Positions 22,259-32,172 of a stretch of DNA of 64,000 bases are shown piece by piece (position 1 is the stretch's first letter; each line of letters opens with the position of its first letter). The notes beneath the pieces are model-generated. The model had not been told where the DNA came from and searched no databases. It was given only the letters and a program-made list of their open reading frames with translations. Both the position numbers and the translations under genes were made by a program. Origin of the DNA: a bacterium (lineage in GTDB: Bacteria; DUMJ01); contig DUMJ01000042.1 in the NCBI GenBank assembly GCA_012839925.1, positions 31,441-95,440 on the forward strand, read 5' to 3'.

Positions 22259-23185
22259 ATGGATCAGAAACTGTATGTATCTGCTCCACCACATATCAGG
22301 TCTGATACAGATGCAAAATTTCTCATGCGCCAGGTGATAATAGCTCTATTAGCTCCAACTGTAGCGGGTGTGATATTTTTTGGCGGCAGGGCTCTCCTGA
22401 TTTTAGTTATATCTGTGTTGAGTTCAATTTTTTGGCAGAGATTGATGATATACATCAAGAAAGAAAAGAGACCCTTAGATGGCAGTGAAGTGGTAACAGG
22501 ACTTCTCATTGGTCTTAATCTCTCCCCACTGGTGCCGTGGTGGATACCTGTAGTGGGAACATTTATAGCTATAGTGCTGGCTAAAGAACTTTTTGGCGGT
22601 CTGGGTTTCAACATCTTTAATCCGGCACTTATAGCCAGAGCATTCCTTTTAGCCTCCTGGCCTATGGAAATGACAACCTGGGCTGCTCCATTTACTGGGG
22701 TAACTCAGGCTACACCTTTAGCACTTTTAAAGTTACAACATGTATCTACCCCTTATATCAGTCTTTTCCTGGGTAATAGAGGAGGGTGTATTGGAGAGAC
22801 CTCTGTTCTGGCACTACTTATTGGTGCTGCTTATCTTTTTTATAAAGGGGTTATTGATTGGAGGACACCGATTCCATATATCCTTACTGTGGGTGTCTTA
22901 TCCCTTATTTTTGGACAGGACCCGCTGTTTCACATGATGTCAGGAGGACTTGTCCTTGGGGCATTTTTTATGGCTACTGATTATACAACCACCCCTGTTA
23001 CCAAGTCTGGAAGGATAATCTTCGGTATAGGGTGCGGAGTTATAACTATACTTATAAGGCTCTTTGGAGGATATCCTGAGGGTGTATCTTACAGTATTCT
23101 CTTTATGAATGCTATGACACCCTTAATAGACCGCTGGACTATCCCTAAGCCTTTTGGCTATAGGGTTGAAAGGAGGAGAGTATGA
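22259..23185 (+). CDS. rnfD: RnfD/NqrB-family membrane subunit
   Basis: 308 aa polytopic; GGLGFNIFNPALIARAF motif and TDYTTTPVT flavinylation-type motif near C-terminus. Confidence 0.8.
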   Translation: MDQKLYVSAPPHIRSDTDAKFLMRQVIIALLAPTVAGVIFFGGRALLILVISVLSSIFWQRLMIYIKKEKRPLDGSEVVTGLLIGLNLSPLVPWWIPVVGTFIAIVLAKELFGGLGFNIFNPALIARAFLLASWPMEMTTWAAPFTGVTQATPLALLKLQHVSTPYISLFLGNRGGCIGETSVLALLIGAAYLFYKGVIDWRTPIPYILTVGVLSLIFGQDPLFHMMSGGLVLGAFFMATDYTTTPVTKSGRIIFGIGCGVITILIRLFGGYPEGVSYSILFMNAMTPLIDRWTIPKPFGYRVERRRV

Positions 23186-23772
23186 AGTTTCTTCGTCCTC
23201 TGATAAATGGAATATGGAAAGAAAATCCCATACTTGTCCTTATGATAGGACTCTGTCCGACACTGGCTGTCTCAACTGCGGCTATAAATGGTATATATAT
23301 GGGATTAGCAGCCACCTTTGTTTTGGCAGGGTCAAACCTGATAATATCCCTTATTAGAAAATGGGTTCCAGATCAGGTCCGTATACCTATCTTTATCACC
23401 ATAATAGCCGCTTTTGTTACTGTAGTGGATATGGTTATGCATGCCTATGTTCCTGAGATGTATAAAATACTGGGGATTTTTATTCCATTAATCGTTGTTA
23501 ACTGTATAATACTTGGCAGGGCAGAAGCCTTTGCCTACCAGAATGGACCTATTGAATCTTTAGGGGATGGGATAGGTATGGGGATAGGTTTTACTCTTAT
23601 TTTACTGATTCTTGGTAGTATAAGAGAACTGTTAGGTAATGGAACAATTTTTGGATTTCAGATTATGCCAGTAACTTATAAACCTGTATTACTAATGATA
23701 CTTCCTCCTGGTGCCTTTCTAACTATTGGTTTCTTACAGGCTCTACAGAGATATAGAGGAGGTAAAGAATAA
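23182..23772 (+). CDS. rnfE: RnfE/NqrD-family membrane subunit
   Basis: 196 aa; LVLMIGLCPTLAVST...; 4-bp overlap with rnfD. Confidence 0.8.
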   Translation: MKFLRPLINGIWKENPILVLMIGLCPTLAVSTAAINGIYMGLAATFVLAGSNLIISLIRKWVPDQVRIPIFITIIAAFVTVVDMVMHAYVPEMYKILGIFIPLIVVNCIILGRAEAFAYQNGPIESLGDGIGMGIGFTLILLILGSIRELLGNGTIFGFQIMPVTYKPVLLMILPPGAFLTIGFLQALQRYRGGKE

Positions 23773-24356
23773 TGTTTTCTCATCTTCTTCTCTTATTTAT
23801 AGGGGCGCTACTGGTAAATAATATACTACTTATAAGATTTATAGCTTTATGCGCTTTCTTTGGTGTATCAAACTCGATGAGTACATCGATAGGTATGGGT
23901 ATGGCAGTGACATTTGTTATGGTCCTCACATCATCTGTAACCTGGATTCTCTGGAATTTTGTTCTTGTACCTCTTCATCTTGAATATCTCCAGATATCCG
24001 TATTTATTCTTACCATCGCTGCTTTAGTACAGTTTGTTGAATTATTCCTTAAGAAGAATAGCCCTTCGTTATATAGGGCTATGGGTATATATCTACCTCT
24101 AATTACCACAAACTGTGCTATACTTGCAGTAGCTTTCATACATGTCTCAAGTAATTTTAATTTTATAGAGACGATTGTATATACTATAGGTGTGAGTGGG
24201 GGTTATACCCTTGCCATCGTTATGTTTGCAGGTATAAGGGAGAGATTGGCTTCTGCACCTGTACCCAGGGCATTCCAGGGTTACCCTCTTGCCTTTATAA
24301 CTGCAAGTCTTATGTCTCTGGCTTTTTTGGGATTTAAGGGGTTGTTTGGACTATAG
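23772..24356 (+). CDS. rnfA: RnfA/NqrE-family membrane subunit
   Basis: 194 aa; LLVNNILLIRFIALCAFFGVS..., start overlaps rnfE stop. Confidence 0.8.
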   Translation: MFSHLLLLFIGALLVNNILLIRFIALCAFFGVSNSMSTSIGMGMAVTFVMVLTSSVTWILWNFVLVPLHLEYLQISVFILTIAALVQFVELFLKKNSPSLYRAMGIYLPLITTNCAILAVAFIHVSSNFNFIETIVYTIGVSGGYTLAIVMFAGIRERLASAPVPRAFQGYPLAFITASLMSLAFLGFKGLFGL

Positions 24357-24373
24357 AAAGGAGGAGAATAGAA

Positions 24374-24610
24374 ATGGCTGAGAATAGTGATTGGAGATTA
24401 GCAGATTTTATTGGGATAAAAGCCCTGGAGAACGGGGTTACGATAATCGGTCTTACCAGAGGAAAGGAAACCAGAATCAGTCATACAGAGAAACTCGATG
24501 CCGGGCAGGTTATGTTTGCACAGTTTACTGAGAATGTTTCAGCTATGAAGATTGAAGGAAAGGCTGAGATATACACCAAGTTTGGGAAGATAACTAGCGG
24601 AGATATCTAA
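24374..24610 (+). CDS. Small hypothetical protein (78 aa)
   Basis: Strong RBS AAGGAGGAG 7 nt before ATG; 17 nt after rnfA stop, 15 nt before glmS; no recognisable motifs. Confidence 0.4.
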   Translation: MAENSDWRLADFIGIKALENGVTIIGLTRGKETRISHTEKLDAGQVMFAQFTENVSAMKIEGKAEIYTKFGKITSGDI

Positions 24611-24625
24611 AGGAGGAAATTTTAG

Positions 24626-26455
24626 ATGTGTGGAATTGTTGGTTATTTAGGTAAGAAAAAGGCTGTCCCTATACTTATAGACAATCTGAAGAGACTGGAG
24701 TATAGAGGGTACGATTCAGCAGGAGTAGCGATAATCGAAGATTCATCTCTTATTGTGGAGAAGAGTGTGGGTAAATTATCAAAACTAGAATCTATAGTGA
24801 TCCCAAAGGATTTTCCTTCCACTATTGGTATAGGGCATACCAGATGGGCAACTCATGGTAAACCTTCAGATATAAATGCACATCCACATACTGATTGCAA
24901 GGGTGAGATAGCCCTGGTTCACAATGGGATCATAGAAAATTATACAGATTTGAAAGATGAGCTTATATCAGAAGGTCACAGGTTCCTCTCTGAAACAGAT
25001 ACAGAAGTGATAGTTCATCTGGTAGAGAAGTACTACGCTGGAGACCTCCTGGAAGCTGTAAGAATGGCGATTAAAAGGTTGGAAGGTTCTTATGCTATAG
25101 CTGTGATTTCTTCTAAAGAGCCAGAAAAGATTGTAGTTGCCAGAAAGGATAGCCCATTAGTGCTTGGAATAGGTGAAGGGGAATACTTTGTAGCTTCAGA
25201 TATACCAGCAGTCTTAAACTATACCCGTAATATATGGATCTTGGAAAATGGCGAGATGGGAGAGCTTTCTCCTTCAGGCTGTAAGGTATATGATCTGGAT
25301 GGCAATGAGAAGAAGAAAGAGACAATGGTCGTATCGTGGGATATATCTATGGCAGAAAAAGGTGGATATCCCCACTTTATGATAAAAGAGATCCATGAAC
25401 AACCAAATGCGCTGAGAGAAACATTTAGAGGAAGGGTTGGAAGTGATGGTCTGGTTAAACTCGACCTTAAAAGTGTTACTATTGATGACTTGAGAAATCT
25501 TAGAAAACTCTATTTTGTTGCCTGTGGAACAGCCTATCATGCAGGACTTGTAGGTAAATATCTAACAGAGAGATTTGTTCGAATTCCAGTAGAGGCAGAT
25601 ATAGCAAGTGAGTTTAGATACCGAGACCCAATTTTTGAAAAGAATAGCTTAATGATTGTTATCAGTCAGTCTGGAGAAACAGCAGATACCCTGGCAGCAT
25701 TACGTATGGCTAAGGAGAACGGAGTTAAGGTCGTGGCGATATGTAATGTGGTTGGAAGTTCAATCGCCAGAGAGTCTGATGATGTTCTGTATACATATGC
25801 TGGACCTGAGATTGCTGTTGCATCCACCAAAGCATATACCTCGCAGCTTATGGTGATATATCTGTTTATGCTACTTCTAGCACAGATAAAAGGGACCTTA
25901 CCACTAGATAAGATTAAAGAGTTTGTCGAAGACCTCAGGAAAATACCTGAAGTAGCCAGTGAGGTTTTAAATAAATTGGAGCCTGCAATTATAGACCTCT
26001 CCAGGAGATATTATAAGGCTCATGACGTATTCTTTATTGGAAGAGGTTTGGATTACGCCCTTAGCCTGGAGGGGGCGTTAAAGCTTAAAGAAATATCTTA
26101 TATTCATGCCGAGGCTTATGCTGCAGGAGAATTAAAACATGGTCCATTATCACTTTTAGAAGAAGGTGTCCCTGTGGTATGCCTGGCTACTCAAGGTTAT
26201 CTGCTGGATAAGATGGTAAGCAATATAAAAGAGGTAAAAGCCAGAGAGGCTATCGCCATTGGTTTTGGAATAGAGGGGAATGAAGGACTAAAAAATGTAT
26301 GTGATGAGACATTCTTTATTCCCAAGATAAACGATATATATGCCTCTGTAATTACTGTGATTCCACTTCAGCTCCTTGCCTATTATATGGCAAAGGAGAG
26401 AGGTTGTGATATAGACCAGCCAAGAAACTTGGCAAAGTCAGTTACTGTAGAATAA
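24626..26455 (+). CDS. glmS: Glutamine--fructose-6-phosphate aminotransferase (isomerising)
   Basis: MCGIVGY N-terminal Ntn-amidotransferase Cys, two SIS domains, 609 aa. Confidence 0.95.
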   Translation: MCGIVGYLGKKKAVPILIDNLKRLEYRGYDSAGVAIIEDSSLIVEKSVGKLSKLESIVIPKDFPSTIGIGHTRWATHGKPSDINAHPHTDCKGEIALVHNGIIENYTDLKDELISEGHRFLSETDTEVIVHLVEKYYAGDLLEAVRMAIKRLEGSYAIAVISSKEPEKIVVARKDSPLVLGIGEGEYFVASDIPAVLNYTRNIWILENGEMGELSPSGCKVYDLDGNEKKKETMVVSWDISMAEKGGYPHFMIKEIHEQPNALRETFRGRVGSDGLVKLDLKSVTIDDLRNLRKLYFVACGTAYHAGLVGKYLTERFVRIPVEADIASEFRYRDPIFEKNSLMIVISQSGETADTLAALRMAKENGVKVVAICNVVGSSIARESDDVLYTYAGPEIAVASTKAYTSQLMVIYLFMLLLAQIKGTLPLDKIKEFVEDLRKIPEVASEVLNKLEPAIIDLSRRYYKAHDVFFIGRGLDYALSLEGALKLKEISYIHAEAYAAGELKHGPLSLLEEGVPVVCLATQGYLLDKMVSNIKEVKAREAIAIGFGIEGNEGLKNVCDETFFIPKINDIYASVITVIPLQLLAYYMAKERGCDIDQPRNLAKSVTVE

Positions 26456-26486
26456 TATTATTGGGGGGTAGGTAGGTCAATAGAAT

Positions 26487-26810
26487 TCAGTCTTTTATCT
26501 GTTCCCTATGGTGCAGCCCTACCAGTTCAGACACTAAAAAAGTAAATATGATACCGGTACCTGGTTCGTTAAGCCTACCTACTTTAATAATAGTATCATA
26601 TATGGGTTTATATTTATCAATCTCGCTAAGTATCAAGATGATTTCTTTCGATGCTTCAATATGAATATTAAAAAACTCTAATGCTTCCGCTTGTCCTGTC
26701 CCTCTCCCATAAAGAATAGTAGCTCCTTTTGCTCCTGCCTTTTTTGCCATATCTACAATTTTATCTGCTTTCCCTCTTTCGACAATAGCAACTATACATT
26801 TAATATCCAT
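26487..26810 (-). CDS. PII-like (GlnB-fold) signalling protein
   Basis: 107 aa; ...IVAIVERGKADKIVDMAKKAGAKGATILYGRGTG... pattern typical of PII-like/DUF190-type proteins; downstream of membrane protein in same operon. Confidence 0.55.
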   Translation of the reverse strand: MDIKCIVAIVERGKADKIVDMAKKAGAKGATILYGRGTGQAEALEFFNIHIEASKEIILILSEIDKYKPIYDTIIKVGRLNEPGTGIIFTFLVSELVGLHHREQIKD

Positions 26811-26827
26811 ATAACTCCATCCTCCTA

Positions 26828-27529
26828 TTATATCCTTGTAAGTATTCCTAATACTAACACTGATATTACTACTCCAATAGAAGTAAGTCCTACTGTGCCA
26901 AAACCAAACAGCAGAGGATCGACTCCTTCCAGTATTTTTGCTAGTCCCACCGATAAAGCTGTGATCAGTGGAACATTTACTGGACCCGTTGTTGCGCTTG
27001 CTGAATCCATTGCGATGGATATAAATTCCTCTGGAGAAAAATAGATTAACACGGTAATCAATAAAATTAGAGGGAGCACAACCTTTATATAAGGTATATT
27101 ATTCAACGTTTTATATACCCCTATGCTCATTCCAGTACCAACACCGATGGCAACAGCGTAAACTAGAATTCTATTAGATATGGCTCCTATAGATATCTCC
27201 TCAACCTCCAAAGCCAGTGCTTTTAGAGCTGGTTCTACAAGAGTGCTGAATACACCTATTACGAAAGTTATAATAATTATCAACCATTTTCTCTCTAATA
27301 CTACTAAATTCTCCCCAACTGAATCCCCTAAAGGGAAAATACTCATGGAAATACCCTTTAGAAAGAGATGCAAACCAAATATACTGAGCAGAAGTCCTAT
27401 ACTAAATTCTTTAACATTTTCAATGGGTTTCTTTAATATCACCAGCTGAAAGAAAATCAGAGTGAAAACTAAGGGAAGTATACTTCTTGCAGTTTCTAAT
27501 AAATCGCTCAAACCTTTTAATTCTTTCAT
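26828..27529 (-). CDS. Polytopic membrane protein (DUF1538-like putative transporter) partnered with PII-like protein
   Basis: 233 aa, about 7 hydrophobic segments; 17-nt gap to PII-like gene. Confidence 0.45.
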   Translation of the reverse strand: MKELKGLSDLLETARSILPLVFTLIFFQLVILKKPIENVKEFSIGLLLSIFGLHLFLKGISMSIFPLGDSVGENLVVLERKWLIIIITFVIGVFSTLVEPALKALALEVEEISIGAISNRILVYAVAIGVGTGMSIGVYKTLNNIPYIKVVLPLILLITVLIYFSPEEFISIAMDSASATTGPVNVPLITALSVGLAKILEGVDPLLFGFGTVGLTSIGVVISVLVLGILTRI

Positions 27530-27647
27530 TTCATCCTCCTTGTAAAGGGTAGATAATCCTTATCCTCAGAGTACATCCGATCCCTACGAATATTATTTAT
27601 GACAAGATGTCTTCTATGCTCTTCTTTTCACGCATCACCCCTTTCAT

Positions 27648-27875
27648 TCTATGTTCATCTATCGATGTGTGCCTGCATTACCCTTCAAGCCTCAATGTAC
27701 CATAAACTACTCTGGAAACTTATAAGTAAAGGTATACCTAATTTTTGATAATAAGGTACCCCATAAAGAGGGATACTTAACTTCGTACAGGATATAGATG
27801 CTATCTATTATAGAGTAGATAAGCCTCTTTCTCAAGAACCTTTCGATATTAATCGTTGGAAATGATTGGCTAGCG
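27648..27875. repeat. Repeat copy A (two conserved blocks ~54 and ~45 nt)
   Basis: 27648..27701 is ~83% identical to 33142..33195; 27831..27875 is ~85% identical to 33231..33276, same order and orientation. Confidence 0.7.
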
Positions 27876-27888
27876 TAACTTACTTCTG

Positions 27889-29907
27889 CTATGACTTTAA
27901 TATCGATCTTATATTCTCCACCACCTTATCTAGAACTTCTGATCTTGTGTCAGAATAAATAAAGATAGGTATACGCTCTAGCGGGGCAGTATACTTGGAG
28001 AATTCATATGGACCTTTAAATATTTTCTCGTTCCACAGGTCATTCCATTCCCCAGAAGGTAAATAAATATCGCGTTTATTGGAATCTTCGAGTACAGGGG
28101 CAACTAATAATCCATCTCCAAGCATATACTCATCTTCGATCCCTCTAACTTTCTCATCTTCAGGGAATTCTAGGTACAGATGTCTTACAAGTGGGATACC
28201 AGTATCGGAGGAAATACGGGCTTGCTCTATCAGATATGGAATCAATGCATAATGAATCTTTGAATAAAGCCTGTAGATATCTATTATTTCAGGAGAGAAG
28301 TCATAAGGTCTTGTTACTGTGCCGTGTGTTTCCATATTTACAGTGAAACACGCCAATTCTGTCCCCCTTATAAAGACCTCTTCTTCTATGTTCCTTTCTT
28401 TATCTCTTGCTGGCATATAACCAGCCAGGTCATGACACATAAATGGAATTCCAGAGACCCCAGAACTCAATATGGCGGACAGGATAGCCTTTAAAAAGCG
28501 AAATTCCCTTAACTGGTCTCCACACCATAAGTACGGATATCTCTGAGCACCAATTCCTCCTCCTCTAGCCCAGCAGATTCCACCTTCTGGACGCATCTTC
28601 TGGTAGAGGTTATACATCATTGTACCATATTTCACAGCATGATAATGGTGCATTCCTTTAATAGACCTTCCCGAAAAAAGCTTAAGATTCTCATCCTCGG
28701 GAAATTCTTCACCAAAGTCAATCTTTGCTCCATCCAATCCTATGTCTACTAGAAGTCTCTTCCATACATAATTTTGCCACCAATCTAAGGTCTCAGGGTT
28801 TGTAAGGTCTAAAAAGCAACTTAATCTTCTATCTGGCGCATCAACAGGATTATAAAGTGGAGCTTCTTTAATAAGAGTATTCCCCGAACTATCTTTGACA
28901 AAGAAGTCTTCCTTTGCCTTATGAGTTTCCCAGTATTCTTTATCAAGTCTTCCACATCTCTCATAGACGAGGACCTTTTTCCCCTTTTTATGAAGTTCAT
29001 CGACAATCTTTTTCAGATCTTCATAGGTTGATGTGTCATAGGTGTTCCACCCTTCAATAATTACAGTAGTCCAGGGCAGATCATTCTCTTCCATCTTCCT
29101 TGCCATCTCTCTAATTCCTTCAATAGTGGCAAACTCTCGCAATCTTCCATGTCTGCTAACAAAGATTCCGAAACTCCATTCTGGAGGCATAGGTGAGAAC
29201 CCTGATAGTTCAGCATAGTCCCTTAGAATCTCCTTAGGAGAATCTTCGATAAATACATACAGATCTAACGGGGCGTCCTTAAGAGTGATGGACCATCTAT
29301 CAGGAGTATTTTCTCCCAAATCAAAAAATGAATACTCATAACGATTCATGAAAAGGGCATATCCTTCTGTACTCAGAACAAATGGAATCGGTACATAGCT
29401 GTTACCTTCTGTCTGACACCATCTATCTTCAGACCATATATGAGCAGATTTTCCTCTCTGGTTAGCACCATTGAATCTTTCTCCTAACCCATAAGTAAAC
29501 TCATTGTTTTTTAATGAACCAGAGATGGTAATAGAAGCTTCATCAAAAGATATATCATCTATTGTGCATTTAGTTTTTCCTGTTTTATCTAAAAAAAGAA
29601 TATGAAAGGGAGATAAATTAATTTGTATAGATGTACTATTTACAGCACTCTCTATCTGAAAACTGGTATCAGACTTCTCTTTTATATCTAAGGGTAAGAT
29701 ATTTTCATTCGATGGTTCATTAAATTCTTCCTTTAAAAGCTGGACTGCTCCTAAATTATCAAATTCCTCCTTAACATCCGCACTCTGTAACCTCCATACA
29801 TTAGCTTTAGAGGATGCAATCCTAAGATAGACTTTTTTCCCATTCTCTCTGGAAAGAATCAACTCAACTCTATCAGGGTTTTTTATGATCTCCAGAATAT
29901 CTGTCAT
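27889..29907 (-). CDS. Glycoside hydrolase family 31 (alpha-xylosidase/alpha-glucosidase-like)
   Basis: 672 aa; GLDGAKIDFGEEFPED nucleophile-region motif resembling YicI-type KTDFGE; overall GH31 layout. Confidence 0.65.
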   Translation of the reverse strand: MTDILEIIKNPDRVELILSRENGKKVYLRIASSKANVWRLQSADVKEEFDNLGAVQLLKEEFNEPSNENILPLDIKEKSDTSFQIESAVNSTSIQINLSPFHILFLDKTGKTKCTIDDISFDEASITISGSLKNNEFTYGLGERFNGANQRGKSAHIWSEDRWCQTEGNSYVPIPFVLSTEGYALFMNRYEYSFFDLGENTPDRWSITLKDAPLDLYVFIEDSPKEILRDYAELSGFSPMPPEWSFGIFVSRHGRLREFATIEGIREMARKMEENDLPWTTVIIEGWNTYDTSTYEDLKKIVDELHKKGKKVLVYERCGRLDKEYWETHKAKEDFFVKDSSGNTLIKEAPLYNPVDAPDRRLSCFLDLTNPETLDWWQNYVWKRLLVDIGLDGAKIDFGEEFPEDENLKLFSGRSIKGMHHYHAVKYGTMMYNLYQKMRPEGGICWARGGGIGAQRYPYLWCGDQLREFRFLKAILSAILSSGVSGIPFMCHDLAGYMPARDKERNIEEEVFIRGTELACFTVNMETHGTVTRPYDFSPEIIDIYRLYSKIHYALIPYLIEQARISSDTGIPLVRHLYLEFPEDEKVRGIEDEYMLGDGLLVAPVLEDSNKRDIYLPSGEWNDLWNEKIFKGPYEFSKYTAPLERIPIFIYSDTRSEVLDKVVENIRSILKS

Positions 29908-29927
29908 ATATCTTGCCTCCTATTATA

Positions 29928-29956
29928 AGGGGGGCATCTAAAAGATGCCCCCCTTT
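29928..29956. terminator. Perfect hairpin AAGGGGGGCATC-TAAAA-GATGCCCCCCTT between SBP gene and GH31 gene
   Basis: 10-12 bp GC-rich stem; on minus strand followed by TTATAATAGGAGG (RBS of GH31); likely intra-operon attenuator/terminator. Confidence 0.5.
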
Positions 29957-29963
29957 GTGATAT

Positions 29964-31958
29964 TTACTTCTTTATAAAGAACTGACAGGTGTTAACAGGA
30001 GCATGAGTTGGGAATTGCCCACTCTCATAAGCCTCCGGGACATTCCTAAAATTGTTCTTAGTAATTATAAATTGAGGTGGAATCGTACATATACCCATCA
30101 CATAGAGATTCTTAGCCTGCACATCAAGGATCTGCTTAAATAGCTGATTTTGTTTTGCTGGATCTGTAGCAACTGTAATCTGATCATAAAGAGCCATTTG
30201 ATGTCTTACCTCTGGAGGTGGAACTTCTCCAGATTTCCCACCAGATTGGTACCAAAGTGCCCATTGGGGCGCCTGTCTCGAATCTGGATACATCCATGGG
30301 AAATACCAGTATGGCATTATTAATGGCTCATATCCTGTTCCAGAATCTCCCCACCAACTTGTAACATCATACTCAGCGGCGGCAGTCCTTATATCCCATA
30401 GAGTTCTGTCTTCTCCTTTTACTGCTACTTTTATCCCGACCGCCTGCCAATATTTTCTAACCATCTCCCAAATATCCCCAGGAATACCAGATATTTCTAT
30501 AGTTATCTCTAGAGTCTTTCCATCTGGACGCAGCCTAAAACCATCCCTATCTCTTTTAGTTAGACCTATCTCGTCTAAGAGTTGATTGGCCTTCTTAGGG
30601 TCATATTCGGTATAATTCTTAGCAGCGGCCTCATGGAAAAGTGGAGTTCCCCTTTGCGGAGATATCTGCCAAGGTTCAGCTAGTCCTAAAAAGACCAAGT
30701 CTATAATTTCCTGTCTGTTTATAGCATGAGAAAGGGCTATTCTGAATCTCCTATCATTAAATAGTTTCCTTAGGACAGGGTCTTTATGATTTAGGTTAAA
30801 TATTATTGTGTGCTGATTCATAGAAGTATGCGTCTGCCTTATAAGTCTATAATCCCCTTTTTCTCTATTCTCCATAAAGAGAGGATAGTCAGCTATGTTC
30901 TGTCCAATCCCCCTACTTTGCATATCTATTTCTCCATTAAGGGCTTTCATCTTCGAAACCTCACCACTTTCCACTATATCAGCGGTGACCCTGTCTATAT
31001 ATGGAAGTTGATTTCCTGCTGTATCAACCTTCCAGTAATAAGGATTTCTCTCAAGAGAAACCCTTGTACCTGTACCAATGGGGGTAACAACCTTCCAGGC
31101 ATTTAAGACAGGGAGTTCCGGATTCATCCAGGGGTCATTTTTGTTGCTAAACAAGTTGATCCAGGTATTGAGTTTTTCTTTCTTTATAAGTTCTTCTAGC
31201 TTGTCTTTAGTCACATAGTTTGGATGAAATTGTTTAAGATAGTGAGAAGGGGTAATTAAATTTCTTCCTGAGGTTGTGGCAAGCATTGGTAGAAAGAGTC
31301 CTGCAGGTTTTTTAAAACTGAATCTAACAGTGTAATTATCAAGTTTTTCTACCTTTGCTACTTCCTCTTCACTGGTGAGCCATTTTGGTGGAACAGGAGT
31401 CAGTTCTTTATTTAGTAAGATATCTTTATACCAGAACATAATATCGTCAGCTGTGAATGGCTCTCCATCAGACCACTTTAATCCTTTTCGGAGATAGAAG
31501 GTAAATGTCCTCCCATTTCCTCCAATCTTCCAGCTTTCTGCTACTCCAGGAAGAACGATAGAAAGAGTTGGGTCTATTCTCACGAGCCCCTCATAATCTA
31601 TCTCTCTAACAAGAAGCATCGTGTCACCTCTTCCAGACATAGCCATTCTCCAAGTACCACCATACTGACCTACTTCTTCTACTGGAACTACTACTATTGG
31701 TTTTTCTGGTAATCTCTTATCTATTGAAGGAAGTTTTCCCTGTTTTACCAGGTCTGCTAGTTGTGGGGCTTCGCTAAACTTAGTTATCTTCTTCCCTACA
31801 GCCTTTTCGTAGTCAGAAGGACTGTTATACTGTGATGGAGAAGGGGGCTTAGGTGCAGGTGCGAATGAAATTTGTTGAGCAAAAGCCAATGAACTTAAAG
31901 TAAATACCAATAGTAAACTCAAAACTAATAAAAATCTTTTCATGCTATTTACCTCCAT
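29964..31958 (-). CDS. ABC transporter substrate-binding protein, family 5 (oligopeptide/oligosaccharide type), secreted
   Basis: 664 aa; Sec signal MKRFLLVLSLLLVFTLSSLAFAQ; shares KITKFSEAPQLA(D/E)LVKQGKLP...YGGTW motif with paralogs at 40392 and 54245. Confidence 0.8.
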   Translation of the reverse strand: MEVNSMKRFLLVLSLLLVFTLSSLAFAQQISFAPAPKPPSPSQYNSPSDYEKAVGKKITKFSEAPQLADLVKQGKLPSIDKRLPEKPIVVVPVEEVGQYGGTWRMAMSGRGDTMLLVREIDYEGLVRIDPTLSIVLPGVAESWKIGGNGRTFTFYLRKGLKWSDGEPFTADDIMFWYKDILLNKELTPVPPKWLTSEEEVAKVEKLDNYTVRFSFKKPAGLFLPMLATTSGRNLITPSHYLKQFHPNYVTKDKLEELIKKEKLNTWINLFSNKNDPWMNPELPVLNAWKVVTPIGTGTRVSLERNPYYWKVDTAGNQLPYIDRVTADIVESGEVSKMKALNGEIDMQSRGIGQNIADYPLFMENREKGDYRLIRQTHTSMNQHTIIFNLNHKDPVLRKLFNDRRFRIALSHAINRQEIIDLVFLGLAEPWQISPQRGTPLFHEAAAKNYTEYDPKKANQLLDEIGLTKRDRDGFRLRPDGKTLEITIEISGIPGDIWEMVRKYWQAVGIKVAVKGEDRTLWDIRTAAAEYDVTSWWGDSGTGYEPLIMPYWYFPWMYPDSRQAPQWALWYQSGGKSGEVPPPEVRHQMALYDQITVATDPAKQNQLFKQILDVQAKNLYVMGICTIPPQFIITKNNFRNVPEAYESGQFPTHAPVNTCQFFIKK

Positions 31959-32172
31959 TTATAATATCAAGATTTTCTAAAACTCTTAATACTCTTCTAT
32001 CTTCCCCTGTTTTACCCCCCCTAAGATCGCTATCCAAATCTACCATTTTGGGTTAACTTGACTGGATCACCTTCCTCCTTGTTTAGGTAAATTTTCGGAA
32101 ACTCCGAAAACCTCTTGTAGTCTCACTTTCATTCGTAGCCTTACTACTTCTCACCTCCACAGCCCAACTATC

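Noticed and set aside
24357-24625. Looked for a glmS ribozyme upstream of glmS
   Set aside because: The region is occupied by a plausible 78-aa ORF with a strong RBS. None of the conserved glmS ribozyme core blocks were visible, and only 15 nt separate this ORF from the glmS ATG.
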